A DNA stretch of 63,358 bases, the filler included, from Hausera hauseri (lineage: Eukaryota), in the NCBI GenBank assembly GCA_046269625.1. It is 11 parts of 11 records of this genome, joined end to end, with 100 filler letters (N's around TTAATTAATTAA, not from the genome) between each part and the next. Parts side by side here need not be neighbours in the genome. Positions count along the whole stretch, not along the records: positions 8,861 to 20,423 come from JBJURY010091098.1; positions 20,524 to 24,569 come from JBJURY010796201.1; 9 more parts are not named here. The stretch is one strand, 5' to 3'. The notes under the pieces are model-generated. The model was not told the DNA's origin. It ran no database searches and saw only the letters and a list, made by a program, of their open reading frames with translations. Positions 11,973 to 22,509 of this stretch are shown here, in pieces; position 1 is the stretch's first letter, and the number at the start of each line of letters is the position of its first letter. The position numbers and the translations under genes were made by a program.

Positions 11973-13814
11973 AATATCTGCACCACAGAATGTCATTCCA
12001 ACAACCGATAAACTAAGTAACATTGCTGTTGATGCCTTTAAATAATCCCAAGAAGCTGTATTATCACCCCTCCAAATAGCTGCATATTTTTGAATGCCAG
12101 TAAAAAATGCTATGGTTAATACAAACGGATGTTAGACATTTCCTGATCGCAACAATTGACCATCCCATGTAGCCCGATGAACTTGTAAGCCATAAATGTT
12201 GTAAATTTCTCGATGTTCCAAATTGTTATAATGAATTGCATCCCTTTTCCATTGCAACCTCTGGACCATTGAATATTGATGGCTCACCCATGTCATTCCA
12301 TGTGAATGTATTATTAGGTCTGCTGCCTTTGTAAGAAAGAAAAAGTTTAGACCACCAATCTCGAACAACCGGATTAATAAAATCAGGCCACACACTAGAA
12401 CCAGGCCAACACCAACCCTCATAAACAGTATGACCGTCTGATTTTTTAATGCAAGGATCATTGTTCAGACAATCATCATATATAGACCAGCCAGGAACTC
12501 GTTTGATATGTGGATCAACGACTGTTACAAGTTTTCTTGACTTTACATCAAGCTTGTCGATCATTTCATTTGGATTTTCAAATAGTGTTTTGTCCCAAGT
12601 AAAATATTTCTTTTCATCGGCATGTTCAATATCCAGCCAAATAACATCGTATGGAATGTCATGATCATCCATCAAACGATCAACATTTTCAACATCTTTC
12701 TGATCATTATAATTCCACCGACACTGATGGTAGCCAAGAGAAAATTTTGGAGGCAAAGGTGTAGTGCCGGTAAGTTTGCCATACTCATGCATTGCCTGTG
12801 ATGGGGATTCTCCGAGAAAGAAAAAAGCGTCAATAATCCCACCCTCAGACATCCAATGTGTGTATACTTTGGCCTTCACTTCCGATTGTTTGACAAAATT
12901 AAGGAGTTTTTCGAAAGTTTTGAGACTTTCAAGACTAGAATGAATGTCAATCCATTTTTTAGTTGGATTGTTCCAAAACACACCCACTGTGTGATTAAAA
13001 TTATGAGCCCACATAACAGGTACAGATCCATATAATGCCATTGGATTATATAGTTCGTATCCGAAGACATCAAGATTATATAACCGATAAGGATCTGTAT
13101 TATCTGTATTGTGTAACGCAAACTTATCTGCGTGTTCCGGTATACCGTAAACATACTGAAAACCAGAAAAGGTAACATCAAGTCCAACAGAAGTTGCTCC
13201 GTGTGGTTTTGAATCAATATGGCCCTTGAAATCTTCATTAAAAATTCCTTCTTGAGAAGCGTTGTTTTCTGAATTTGTCACATTTGACTGATCACCCGAA
13301 CCATCAAATTTCGGAGGACGTATGTTCAAATTTAAATAGATTTCGTAAGTTTACACTCACCAAAGGAACATCTTTCAAATACATCCAATTTGAATTGATC
13401 TAAATACATAATTGCCTTTTCGTCATCGGTTCCTTTGATTAAGATAGCATTGTTATCTATACTAATATGTAATCCATCTTCTGCCGGTTCTGATACTAAT
13501 ACATCGCCAACACGAGATTCATATCTTGATCGCACTGGATCTTTTTCAGTAATTTTTAACAAAAATACTTGACCCTGTTGTTTAATTAATTCAGTTACAA
13601 AAAACACATTATTCTTCTTGCAATATAAATGAGCAATAAGTTTTGTTTTAAGAATTGTTACGGAGTCTGGTTGGACTTTACATTCGTCTGAACCTGGGAC
13701 ATATTCTCTTTGGCGTCGACAAAAGCTGCTCTGAGTACATGTTTTGAAATTATTTCTATCAACTGCCACCGAGACATATATATCAAGCAAGAATAAAAAC
13801 CCAGAAAGTCGCAT
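11973..13814 (-). pseudogene. GANAB: Glucosidase II alpha subunit (GH31), intronless, frameshifted and 3'-truncated
   Basis: Signal peptide plus AVDRNNFKTCTQSSFCRRQR; DPYRLYNLDVF; GYHQCRWNY; WLDIEH; GWCWPG; nucleophile WNDMGEPS; acid/base WRGDN. Frameshifts near 13370, 13322 and 12245, stop at 12132, and homology ends at GMTFCGADI. Confidence 0.9.
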
Positions 13815-13899
13815 GATTATTAGACAAATACAAATGACTTTATTTTCTATCAGATCTAGGATAATATTGCGATCATGGACTACTGTTATAATGATCGCA

Positions 13900-14290
13900 T
13901 CCATCGCCAATCGCTTATAATTAGGCAGGTCCATCACGCCCAATGAATGAACGTGATGTTTGTGAGTAATTAAAATCATTTTAGAAACAAGTTTATTCCC
14001 AGCCAAAAATGTAATAAACAGTGGAGCATAACCGGGATCAGTCATAATGTAGCCGGAATGGTAATTATGACAGACAACAAAGCTATAGTTGTTTAATGAG
14101 TACGCGATGATTCCCACATTAAATGAATCACATTTTATAATGTTAGACAATGAATGACTACGCGTTGTAAATCTCTCTTTGTGTTCCAACTTTAACCTAA
14201 CATGCAAAACGCGACATAAAAACGACCGTATGGAATCCCGCAAACAAAACCCAGACTCACCGTATTGTTCCAAATTCTAAATATGCAAAT
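13900..14290 (-). pseudogene. 5' fragment of a PNKD/hydroxyacylglutathione hydrolase-like metallo-beta-lactamase
   Basis: NNYSFVV...TDPG...ILITHKHHVHSLG matches the glyoxalase II/PNKD pattern DNYSYL...VDP...ILxTHKHWDHSGG. The upstream RFTTRSHS resembles PNKD RYPKGHS. C-terminal motifs are absent. Confidence 0.7.
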
Positions 14291-16029
14291 ATCCCAAGAA
14301 ATCATCGGTGATAATTCGTAATCTAAAGTCTGACAAATCAAATCATTTTCGACGGAATTTTTATTGCATATTATCTGACACCAATTGTAGCTATTGTAAA
14401 TTATACCCGTACCGTCCATCGAGCATCTTAGACAATTTTGTTGAGGTTCCTTCTCAACACGAGGGTTCCTTTTCAACACGAGGTTCCCGAAGTCTCAACA
14501 CAGAATTCGTGAGCAACGAACCCTTTCAGTAATAATACTCCCAACAGAAATAGAGATATTTAAACATTGGATGTTATTTGACCTTTTATGATTACTTGAT
14601 TTAGACATTATTTATGCTGTCATTTATAAATACATACATTTTGTGAACGCTTCTTCCTGTCTCTTTATTATTGTTTGTGAGCCCTTGATGGGCATCTTTT
14701 ATTATTTCTGTTGCATACGAAATCAAATGTTAGCCAGAAAATGGGCGGTGGTTGATGGGTGTTGGAATCAGAGATATTAAATTAAGTTTTCAAATGAGCA
14801 TTTCTTACAGACCACATAATTGAAAATTACAAAACGTAATATAGAAACACGATTTGGAAATCACATGACAACGAATTGGAATATAAAATATTGAATTGCA
14901 AATTTGCTTGACGATAAGTTTTATATGGTAATGATTATTCAAATCCAATCGACAATAAAAAATTGTGTACGAAATCGTAGTGAACGAATTACGAAAATTA
15001 TGTTAGAAACAGAATGAATTATGAAAATTGTGTTGCAAATCACTATATAAGCAAACGAGAACTATTAACAATAACAATAACTTAACCACAAAAACACTCT
15101 TCGATACGATCACACAGAAGATCTTTCTCGACGATAGATTCTCTGGTAAGTGTTAAGGATACCAAATTGTATTACGTAAAAAATTAAAATTAGAATAATT
15201 CAATTGATAAAATGGATCACAATTCGTACAGTATTGGAACCTCTAATGCTCGTATACAGGATAGATCGGGAGATTCAGAATCGGACCCAAATAATGATAC
15301 TCGAAGGAATACGAATTCGCGACACATTAATGGTACAGTTCTCGAAGCAGAAGTATTAAATGGTAAATAAATTTATGAATCATAACACCCGTTAATTGAC
15401 TGCCCACTGATGATGATTATTTTGTAATTTCCATCTGTTATATATAATAAATCTTCCAAATAAAATTTAATGAAATAATTTGTTGATGCCTGAGAAGTGA
15501 ATTGAGGTGACTACTCTACTTAACGGATGCCGCAGAAGGATTAATGATGATGGTATATCGATACCTAAGCAGTAGGTACCTCCGAGGATATGATATCAGA
15601 CTTCAGAAACCAGTAATGACTACCGACATTGAACGACTACTATAACACTTCTATATACGAGTATGAGGACGAGTTCGTCCAGTGATTGATTTAGAACCCA
15701 TTACGCCTGAATTATTTATAATTGTTCAATTGTGGATATAGTATCTCTGTTTAAATAATATTTCAGGATGTTGTGTTACCCTTCGATCCAGTACAGTAAT
15801 AAGGACTGTAGTGCGTTCGCGAGTCTCAATTGATTGTTAAGTAAATGCATAAATCAATTGGTATAATAAAGAGGGTTAGTTATTATACCACTGCAGAATG
15901 CTTGCTTACACTTTATTATAGTCTGATACATCCATATCTTTCTTATGGCAATATAATTTGGGTAAGTAAGTTTCCCACAACTTTGCATAAAATTTAGGGT
16001 CTTCAAAAATGCTTTGTTTTTTGCTAGAG

Positions 16030-19000
16030 AGATAAAGATGGCGCCTTTGTTGACGGCACGCAGTCTACCTCTCCTGAGTTTTTTAAAGTTGTTCATGTTT
16101 TGCCTTTTTTCTATTGATGATGCATCCTCGCTTCTGGTCTACGATCGCTCAACTCTTCTAACTATCCAAGATTCGCTGAACAACATACCGACTTCTGGTA
16201 AATTTGGACATTTTAAGACACCACCACCCTTCCTGGCATCCGTTCCTGCCTACCTACGCCGCACCACCTGTACGTTGCTGCGCAACAAGCGCCGCAGAAG
16301 ACGCGGAAGGAGAGCGGGAGTCCTGGTCAGGTTCAAAAACTACCTCTCCTCTCACAGTACGGCTGATCATCGGCTTCTCCTGGACTTACCTCCGGAATTT
16401 AACGTCTTTGATCCTCATCGTTCCTTGGTTCATCGCCATCGCTGCCTCGTTCCTGTCAATCATGACGTCAGCGGTCAGTCTCTACCTTGTCGCCCGGTGA
16501 GGACACGGAAGCGAGGCTGCGTTCAACAGAACCTCCGCCCGCTCGCTCGAGCTGCGGATGACGTAATCGGCTGTGAACCGGTACGTGCAGCCCTGTTTAA
16601 CGCCCGATCGCTCACAAATAAAACTTTTATATTAAGCGATCTGATCTCCACTCATCGTCTGGATCTGTTCCTGATGACCGAGACCTGGCAGAAACCAGGG
16701 GACAACAGCGCCTTCTCCGAGCTCCTCCCACCTGGCTGCTCCTACCTGAGCGCACCGCGAGGGTCCGGCCGGGGGGGCGGCCTCGCTGCTGTGTTCAGTG
16801 ATGAGCTCAGCTGCCGCTCGCTGCCTCCTAAAACCTACAGCAGCTTTGAGCTTCAACTGTTTGTGCTGGAATCTGCACAACCTCTGCTGTGTGGGGTTAT
16901 TTATCGCCCACCTAAATATAACAAGGACTTCATCAGCGAGTTCTCAGAACTGCTGGCTGAACTGCTGCCAAAATTTGACAGTCTGCTTTTCTGTGGAGAT
17001 TTTAATATCCACCATGTTTGTTGCCCCAGTAATCAGCTTGGATATGAGTTTCAGAACCTTCTGGACTCTTTTAACCTGTCACAGTCTGTGTCAGGGTCCA
17101 CACACAATCAGGGCCACACACTGGACTTGATCATCTCTCACGGTCTTCATATTTCTGCTGTAGAGATTCTGGACACTTGTATTTCGGACCACTTTCCCAT
17201 CATATTTGAATTTTCCACCCCTCCTGCAGTAAAGACTGTTCTCCCAGCACGTCTCTGCCGCTCCATCACTCCATCCACTCCAGGTCAGTTCACTGCTGCC
17301 TTTAAAAGCACTGATTTATACTCTGCTGTCAGCCTGGACCCATCTCTACATCCAGAAGACTTCACCACCTCCTTTCAGTCCACCTGCACAAAGATCTTGG
17401 ACTCCATCGCTCCTCTCAAACAGACGTCTTCAAAGGTCAAACCGGATCCATGGCTCAATGAAACAACTCGGGCTCTTCGACAACGCTGCAGGAAAGCAGA
17501 GCGCAGATGGAGGAAGGACAGGCTTCATGTGTCCCAGGGAATACTGAGAGACTGTCTCTGTGCATATCAAAACGCTGTTAAGCAGGCCAAGTCACAGTAC
17601 CTCTCCAATTTAATCTCCACCAGCTACAACCGGCCGAGGGTTCTATTTAGTACCATTCAGTCTGTCATCAACCCTTCTGTCAATGTTCTGAAAACTGCCA
17701 CACAGTCTACCTGTGACGATTTTTTGAGTTACTTTGTCAACAAAATTGACTCTATCAAGCAGAACATTGTCAGCCCATCCAACGCTGTCCAATCATGTGT
17801 GTCTGCTATAACCTCTGCTGTTTTTGACCAGTTCGACCTGGTTTCTCTGCCTCACCTCGTCAAGGTGGTCCAGCAGATGAAACCAACAAACTGCACTCTG
17901 GACATCATTCCCTCTACAATGTTCAAACAGTCCTTCGATGTCATTGGTCCTTGTCTTTTGACTTTCATTAACAGCTGTCTAAGTTCAGGTTTTGTGCCGT
18001 CTGCTTTTAAACATGCTGTGGTCAGGCCTCTTCTTAAAAAACCAGGCTTAGATCCTACAGCTCTCTCTAATTTCAGGCCAATTTCCCATTTATCATTTTT
18101 ATCTAAAGTCCTAGAAAAGATTGTTTTTCTTCAACTTCAATCTTTTCTAGAGCACAACAACCTGTTTGAAAAATTTCAGTCTGGCTTCAGATCCCGTCAC
18201 AGCACTGAATCAGCACTGCTTAAAGTGCAGAATGACATTCTTCTGTCCCTGGATGCAAAAAAACCTGTTCTGCTGGTAATGTTGGACCTCTCAGCAGCTT
18301 TTGACACCGTAGACCATCAAGTACTAATCACCCGTTTGGCTCAGCAGGTTGGCCTTCAGGGAGTTGTTCTTGAGTGGTTCAGATCATACTTAACAGACAG
18401 AACATTTTCTGTCATGATAGGTGATCTGTCCTCCTCTTCATCAATCCCTCTGACATCTGGTGTACCACAGGGGTCCATTCTGGGGCCAGTTCTCTTTTCT
18501 CTTTACATGCTGCCATTAGGACCAATCATTGCTCGCCATAATCTGTCTTTTCATCTGTATGCAGACGATCTACAAATCTATCTGCCGGTCACTCTCAATC
18601 CCTCACTCAGTTCAAACACTATTGTCAACTGCTTAAATGACATTAAGCACTGGCTCTCTCAAAACTTTCTCCACCTAAACACTGATAAAACTGAATGCAT
18701 TTTATTTGGTGCATCCAGTGACACCAGTAACATCCCTCCCAGTCCCAGTCTCGGTTTTCCGCTCCCCCACTTCAACCAGGTGGTAAGAAATCTTGGAGTG
18801 GAGCTTGACTCCAACTTAAAGCTGGATAAACAGATCAGTTCTGTTGTCAAAACCAGCTTCTTTCAGCTCCGTCTGCTCTCTAAAGTAAAGGCACTCCTTA
18901 GCCGTAGTGATCTGGAGAAAGCCATCCATGCCTTTGTGAGCTCCAGGCTTGACTATTGTAATGCTTTATACATTGGAATTAATCAGTCTTCTATCTCCCG

Positions 19001-19594
19001 TTTACAACTTGTACAGAATTCTGCCGCCCGCTTTTTAACCAACACACGAAAATATGAACACATCACTCCTGTCCTGTCCTCTCTACACTGGCTCCCGGTT
19101 CAGTTCAGGATACAGTTCAAGCTGCTGCTGTTTGTTTTTAAAGCTCTGAATGGACTTGCACCTCTCTACATCTCTGAACTATTGAAAGTCCACCAGCCCA
19201 GCAGAGCTTTACGTTCTGCCAGTCAACACCTGCTGGAGGTGCCTTGCTCAAGGTACAAACAATGGGGAGACCGGTCCTTTTCTGTTGCCGGCCCAAAAGC
19301 CTGGAATAGTCTCCCCTTTGAGCTGCGTGTCACCTCTGATCTGGCTCTGTTCAAAACCAGACTGAAGACCCACTTGTTTAAAAAAGCTTTCAGTCTGTAA
19401 CTTTTATTACTTTTGGTATTTTAGTATTTAGTATTTTTATTTCCACTGCCTCCTTTTATTGCTGCTGTTTTTATTTTCACTGATTTATTGTACCTGTTTT
19501 TATATTTTCTGTCCTGTTAAGCACCTTGGTCAATGCAAGGCATTGTAGGAAGGTGCTATACAAATAAAGTTTATTATTATTATTATTATTATTA
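16030..19594 (+). mobile_element. Apparently full-length single-ORF L2-clade LINE, teleost-like
   Basis: 5' AAGATGGCGCC start; CpG-rich first ~800 nt; 3' stem-loop AGCACCTT(19520)...AAGGTGCT(19557), AATAAA and a (TTA)n tail at 19571-19594. Confidence 0.93.
16038..19400 (+). CDS. L2 LINE APE endonuclease-reverse transcriptase polyprotein (intact)
   Basis: APE NARSL, TETW, YRPP, GDFNIH, SDH; RT LDLSAAFDTVDH, GVPQGSILGP, YADD; L2 C-terminus SRLDYCN...LQLVQNSAAR...LHWLPV...WNSLP...LKTHLF. Confidence 0.96.
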   Translation: MAPLLTARSLPLLSFLKLFMFCLFSIDDASSLLVYDRSTLLTIQDSLNNIPTSGKFGHFKTPPPFLASVPAYLRRTTCTLLRNKRRRRRGRRAGVLVRFKNYLSSHSTADHRLLLDLPPEFNVFDPHRSLVHRHRCLVPVNHDVSGQSLPCRPVRTRKRGCVQQNLRPLARAADDVIGCEPVRAALFNARSLTNKTFILSDLISTHRLDLFLMTETWQKPGDNSAFSELLPPGCSYLSAPRGSGRGGGLAAVFSDELSCRSLPPKTYSSFELQLFVLESAQPLLCGVIYRPPKYNKDFISEFSELLAELLPKFDSLLFCGDFNIHHVCCPSNQLGYEFQNLLDSFNLSQSVSGSTHNQGHTLDLIISHGLHISAVEILDTCISDHFPIIFEFSTPPAVKTVLPARLCRSITPSTPGQFTAAFKSTDLYSAVSLDPSLHPEDFTTSFQSTCTKILDSIAPLKQTSSKVKPDPWLNETTRALRQRCRKAERRWRKDRLHVSQGILRDCLCAYQNAVKQAKSQYLSNLISTSYNRPRVLFSTIQSVINPSVNVLKTATQSTCDDFLSYFVNKIDSIKQNIVSPSNAVQSCVSAITSAVFDQFDLVSLPHLVKVVQQMKPTNCTLDIIPSTMFKQSFDVIGPCLLTFINSCLSSGFVPSAFKHAVVRPLLKKPGLDPTALSNFRPISHLSFLSKVLEKIVFLQLQSFLEHNNLFEKFQSGFRSRHSTESALLKVQNDILLSLDAKKPVLLVMLDLSAAFDTVDHQVLITRLAQQVGLQGVVLEWFRSYLTDRTFSVMIGDLSSSSSIPLTSGVPQGSILGPVLFSLYMLPLGPIIARHNLSFHLYADDLQIYLPVTLNPSLSSNTIVNCLNDIKHWLSQNFLHLNTDKTECILFGASSDTSNIPPSPSLGFPLPHFNQVVRNLGVELDSNLKLDKQISSVVKTSFFQLRLLSKVKALLSRSDLEKAIHAFVSSRLDYCNALYIGINQSSISRLQLVQNSAARFLTNTRKYEHITPVLSSLHWLPVQFRIQFKLLLFVFKALNGLAPLYISELLKVHQPSRALRSASQHLLEVPCSRYKQWGDRSFSVAGPKAWNSLPFELRVTSDLALFKTRLKTHLFKKAFSL

Positions 19595-20344
19595 ATTCTA
19601 AGACATATTATTGACAAATCTATTTTACAAGAAGATCTGTTTTATTTTTTTACCTGGAACTCTTGGTGTCTTTGAAACAAAGTTGAACATTGAAGCACAA
19701 CCTTCAGCTGCTCTTTTCCTCTCTCTGTCCTTCTGCTTGCACCTACCCATCAAGGTTGGTATCCAGCACAGAAACCTGAAAAACAGTTTTTCTGAATGTT
19801 TGTTCTTTTGAAAAATTATCCAAACATTTATTTTTCACCATATTCAACACTGCTAAGTTATTGTATACATGTATCCTGTCCAAACTAAGCCTGAGGCCTG
19901 TAGCTTTTGTTTAGAAAAAACATGGACGCTCCGTTTCAGGCTTCCTGTGATTAACTGTGTCCTATCACTGTAAACTTAGCTTTAGGGATAGAATGGGGGT
20001 GACACTGGTACCAATTTCAGATAAATTACTGTTCCCAACATGGCGGAAATAGACAAAAACAAGGAAAACAAACATGGCGAAAATCGTCGTCACAAACTTA
20101 GCTTAGCTATAGCATGTTTTAGCATTATCCCATGTCTTATAAAAATGTGACCCACTTCTAATCTCTCTAACATCAAACAATACTACTTAAAATACACAAA
20201 TGAACAGTTGAATCAAAAACCACAATGTAATTTTACCGTTTGAATCCACCGTGTTGCCTTCCAAGCCAGGACAGAGTGAACGTCGTCTTCACCTCGCAGT
20301 TCTTTATCTCGCGGGAGTTGTAGGCGGGACTTCATAGGCAAAGT

Positions 20345-20381
20345 GGGCGGTTCGTTCGAACCCCCCCTGGCTACGCGCATG
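20345..20381 (-). repeat. Possible MITE/DNA-transposon terminus
   Basis: The minus strand reads CATGCGCGTAGCCAGGGGGGGTTCG, a GC-rich end typical of metazoan non-autonomous DNA elements. No partner end is visible. Confidence 0.35.
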
Positions 20382-21183
20382 CTAGTATCACTCAGCCCCT
20401 TGTGAATAGCAAACAACCATCAGNNNNNNNNNNNNNNNNNNNNNNNNNNNNNNNNNNNNNNNNNNNNTTAATTAATTAANNNNNNNNNNNNNNNNNNNNN
20501 NNNNNNNNNNNNNNNNNNNNNNNTAGTGGACACCATAAATTGGAGTAAAGTTGATATTTTGTATTACAGGAGAATTATGTACAAGAGTAGCCAAGGTTAA
20601 ACATTTAAAATTCTATTGAAATTCATTTAAATAATGTATTTAAACAAGGAAATGTGAAGAAAATTTATCAAAAAATACCTGAGAATACTAGTTAATTCGC
20701 AATAAAAATTCGATTTTGTAGTATAAAAAATTATTTTTTCAGTAAAAATTGCGACAATGTTTGGACCACTAATTTACCTAATAGCCATATCCTCTACCTT
20801 CACACCAAATTTCACAGGTGTTCCTTGTCAGATCATAATTAGTGTTAAATCAGAAGAAATTAAAAAACTGATATTTTATTAACGCAACCCAGAACCGAAT
20901 CCAACTGAAATGTTATGATATTCAGAGTCGGAATTAAACTGTGCTGAATGAGAGAGCGATAAACAAAAGACATCCAGTGAAACTAAAAAAACTTATATAA
21001 TATCTCAACAAATCTAGTTCACTTTCAGACAGTTCTAGACACATTTGTAACAAAAAATATTATTGACTATTGTCTACGAAAAAAACAAACCACACATGTT
21101 CACGAACTGAAGGAAAAAATGTTCCGGGGTAATTCTTAATTATCAGAAATAAAGAAAAAACCGAAATGGAAATGGTGTGGCAA

Positions 21184-22290
21184 TTAAACAGTCGATATTT
21201 TCCCATCCGTCGTTTTCATAAGAGTGCAAAACATGTTACAAAATATTTGGACGACAGTTTCATCCTGATGGGCTGCTGATGAATTAACAGTCTCGAATTC
21301 CTTCACAAAGTCTTGTCGAATCATCAACGGTGTTAGTCTTAGACAGATGTTTTGTCGAATTTTATCCGTCTCCTTGATTGACGTGTTGAGTTCGTTCGTG
21401 TAGTAGATCGTCAGATTTTCCAGATGCTCCATTAGCAGATCCAGCATTTTTTGGTTTTCAACTGGCAGTCGTTTGAGGAGCTTTGCGTACTCCCTTCGTG
21501 AACGTTTACAAGTTGCTCGCTCGAGTATATCCTGGAGTTCATATGGAATTAGTGGCTGAGGGATCTCGGTTAGTAGTACTTGTATAAGTCGCTCAATCCG
21601 GCTTATATTCCATCTTTTATCGTTGGACAAATTGAGTTTGTTGGATTTCTGGGCGTCAAGCGCTCTGAGGAGCGTACCAATGTCCACGTCTTTCAGTTCC
21701 TTAATTTCGTTACGTTTCTTCTCTCCCTTGCGGAATCGTCTGTTTTCGACTTCTATTACACACAACTTCAATAATTCGTACGCCGGATTCATCTTGATTC
21801 CAAATTCACGAAGCCAGAGGTATTTATCTGTAACTATTTTGCACTTCAAAATTAAATCCCGAGTCAAATCGGTATCAACCTTCCTCACCTTCAATAGAAA
21901 TGCCTCATTTTCTTTCACATGGCTGTAAAATACTTCTTTAGCATTCAGTATGAAATACGATCGTTTGTTGCTTGGCTTTTTTGGATCCGACAAAGTGAGT
22001 ATAAATTCTTTGAAATTCAAAAGGTAGTTGAGCAACTTCATATCGACATTGTCTTTATCATGAAAGACAAATTTGTAGATTTTCCCATGATCCTTGATAC
22101 TGATGTCATCACCAGATGTAATTTTCTGGTGTCGATATTCTGATGGCATTCTTTCTTTGTTTCTTTTCGGTTTCATGAGACTTTCGGCTCTTTTGTTTGG
22201 ATAATGATCACCATCTTTCTGATGCTTCAGGTCAGCCCGTTTGTTGTGATCATTCAACTCTTCTACGTAATCTTTGGTTTTTCGTCGCAT
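21184..22290 (-). CDS. Divergent RhoGAP-domain protein, single exon
   Basis: LLKLCVIEVENR...LLTEIPQPLIPYEL...LKRLPVENQKMLDLLMEHL follows the RhoGAP consensus (CVxEVExRG; LRELPxPL; LPxxNxxxLxxLxxHL). Confidence 0.7.
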   Translation of the reverse strand: MRRKTKDYVEELNDHNKRADLKHQKDGDHYPNKRAESLMKPKRNKERMPSEYRHQKITSGDDISIKDHGKIYKFVFHDKDNVDMKLLNYLLNFKEFILTLSDPKKPSNKRSYFILNAKEVFYSHVKENEAFLLKVRKVDTDLTRDLILKCKIVTDKYLWLREFGIKMNPAYELLKLCVIEVENRRFRKGEKKRNEIKELKDVDIGTLLRALDAQKSNKLNLSNDKRWNISRIERLIQVLLTEIPQPLIPYELQDILERATCKRSRREYAKLLKRLPVENQKMLDLLMEHLENLTIYYTNELNTSIKETDKIRQNICLRLTPLMIRQDFVKEFETVNSSAAHQDETVVQIFCNMFCTLMKTTDGKISTV

Positions 22291-22472
22291 TTCATTGAGT
22301 CGCCAACAATAATGATTAATATTTGATTTGAATTATTGATTTCTTATGTAAATTTCAAATTTATTGATTATATTGATCTTACNNNNNNNNNNTTTGACTA
22401 TAATCAACCAACACAGCCACAATTGCGAGAGGGTGGATGAGATAATATATTATTCACATCTACTTACTTTAC

Positions 22473-22509
22473 TGACTCATTGCAACTTAAATGAGTCAAT
22501 TTATCCTAG
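22473..22509 (+). repeat. Helitron-like 3' terminus (hairpin plus CTAG/T)
   Basis: TGACTCATT-GCAACTTA-AATGAGTCA hairpin followed 7 nt later by CTAG then T. Confidence 0.4.

Noticed and set aside
13320-13380. GANAB frame breaks as micro-introns
   Set aside because: Homologous sequence (KDVPLVSVNLRNLFKFEH) continues across the breaks with small indels; no GT-AG intron is needed.
14440-14502. Three ~20-bp repeats GAGGTTCC..TCAACAC
   Set aside because: Short local tandem duplication with no further structure.
15210-15760. Possible spliced host gene (MDHNSYSIGTS...)
   Set aside because: No recognisable domain and no consistent exon model could be built.
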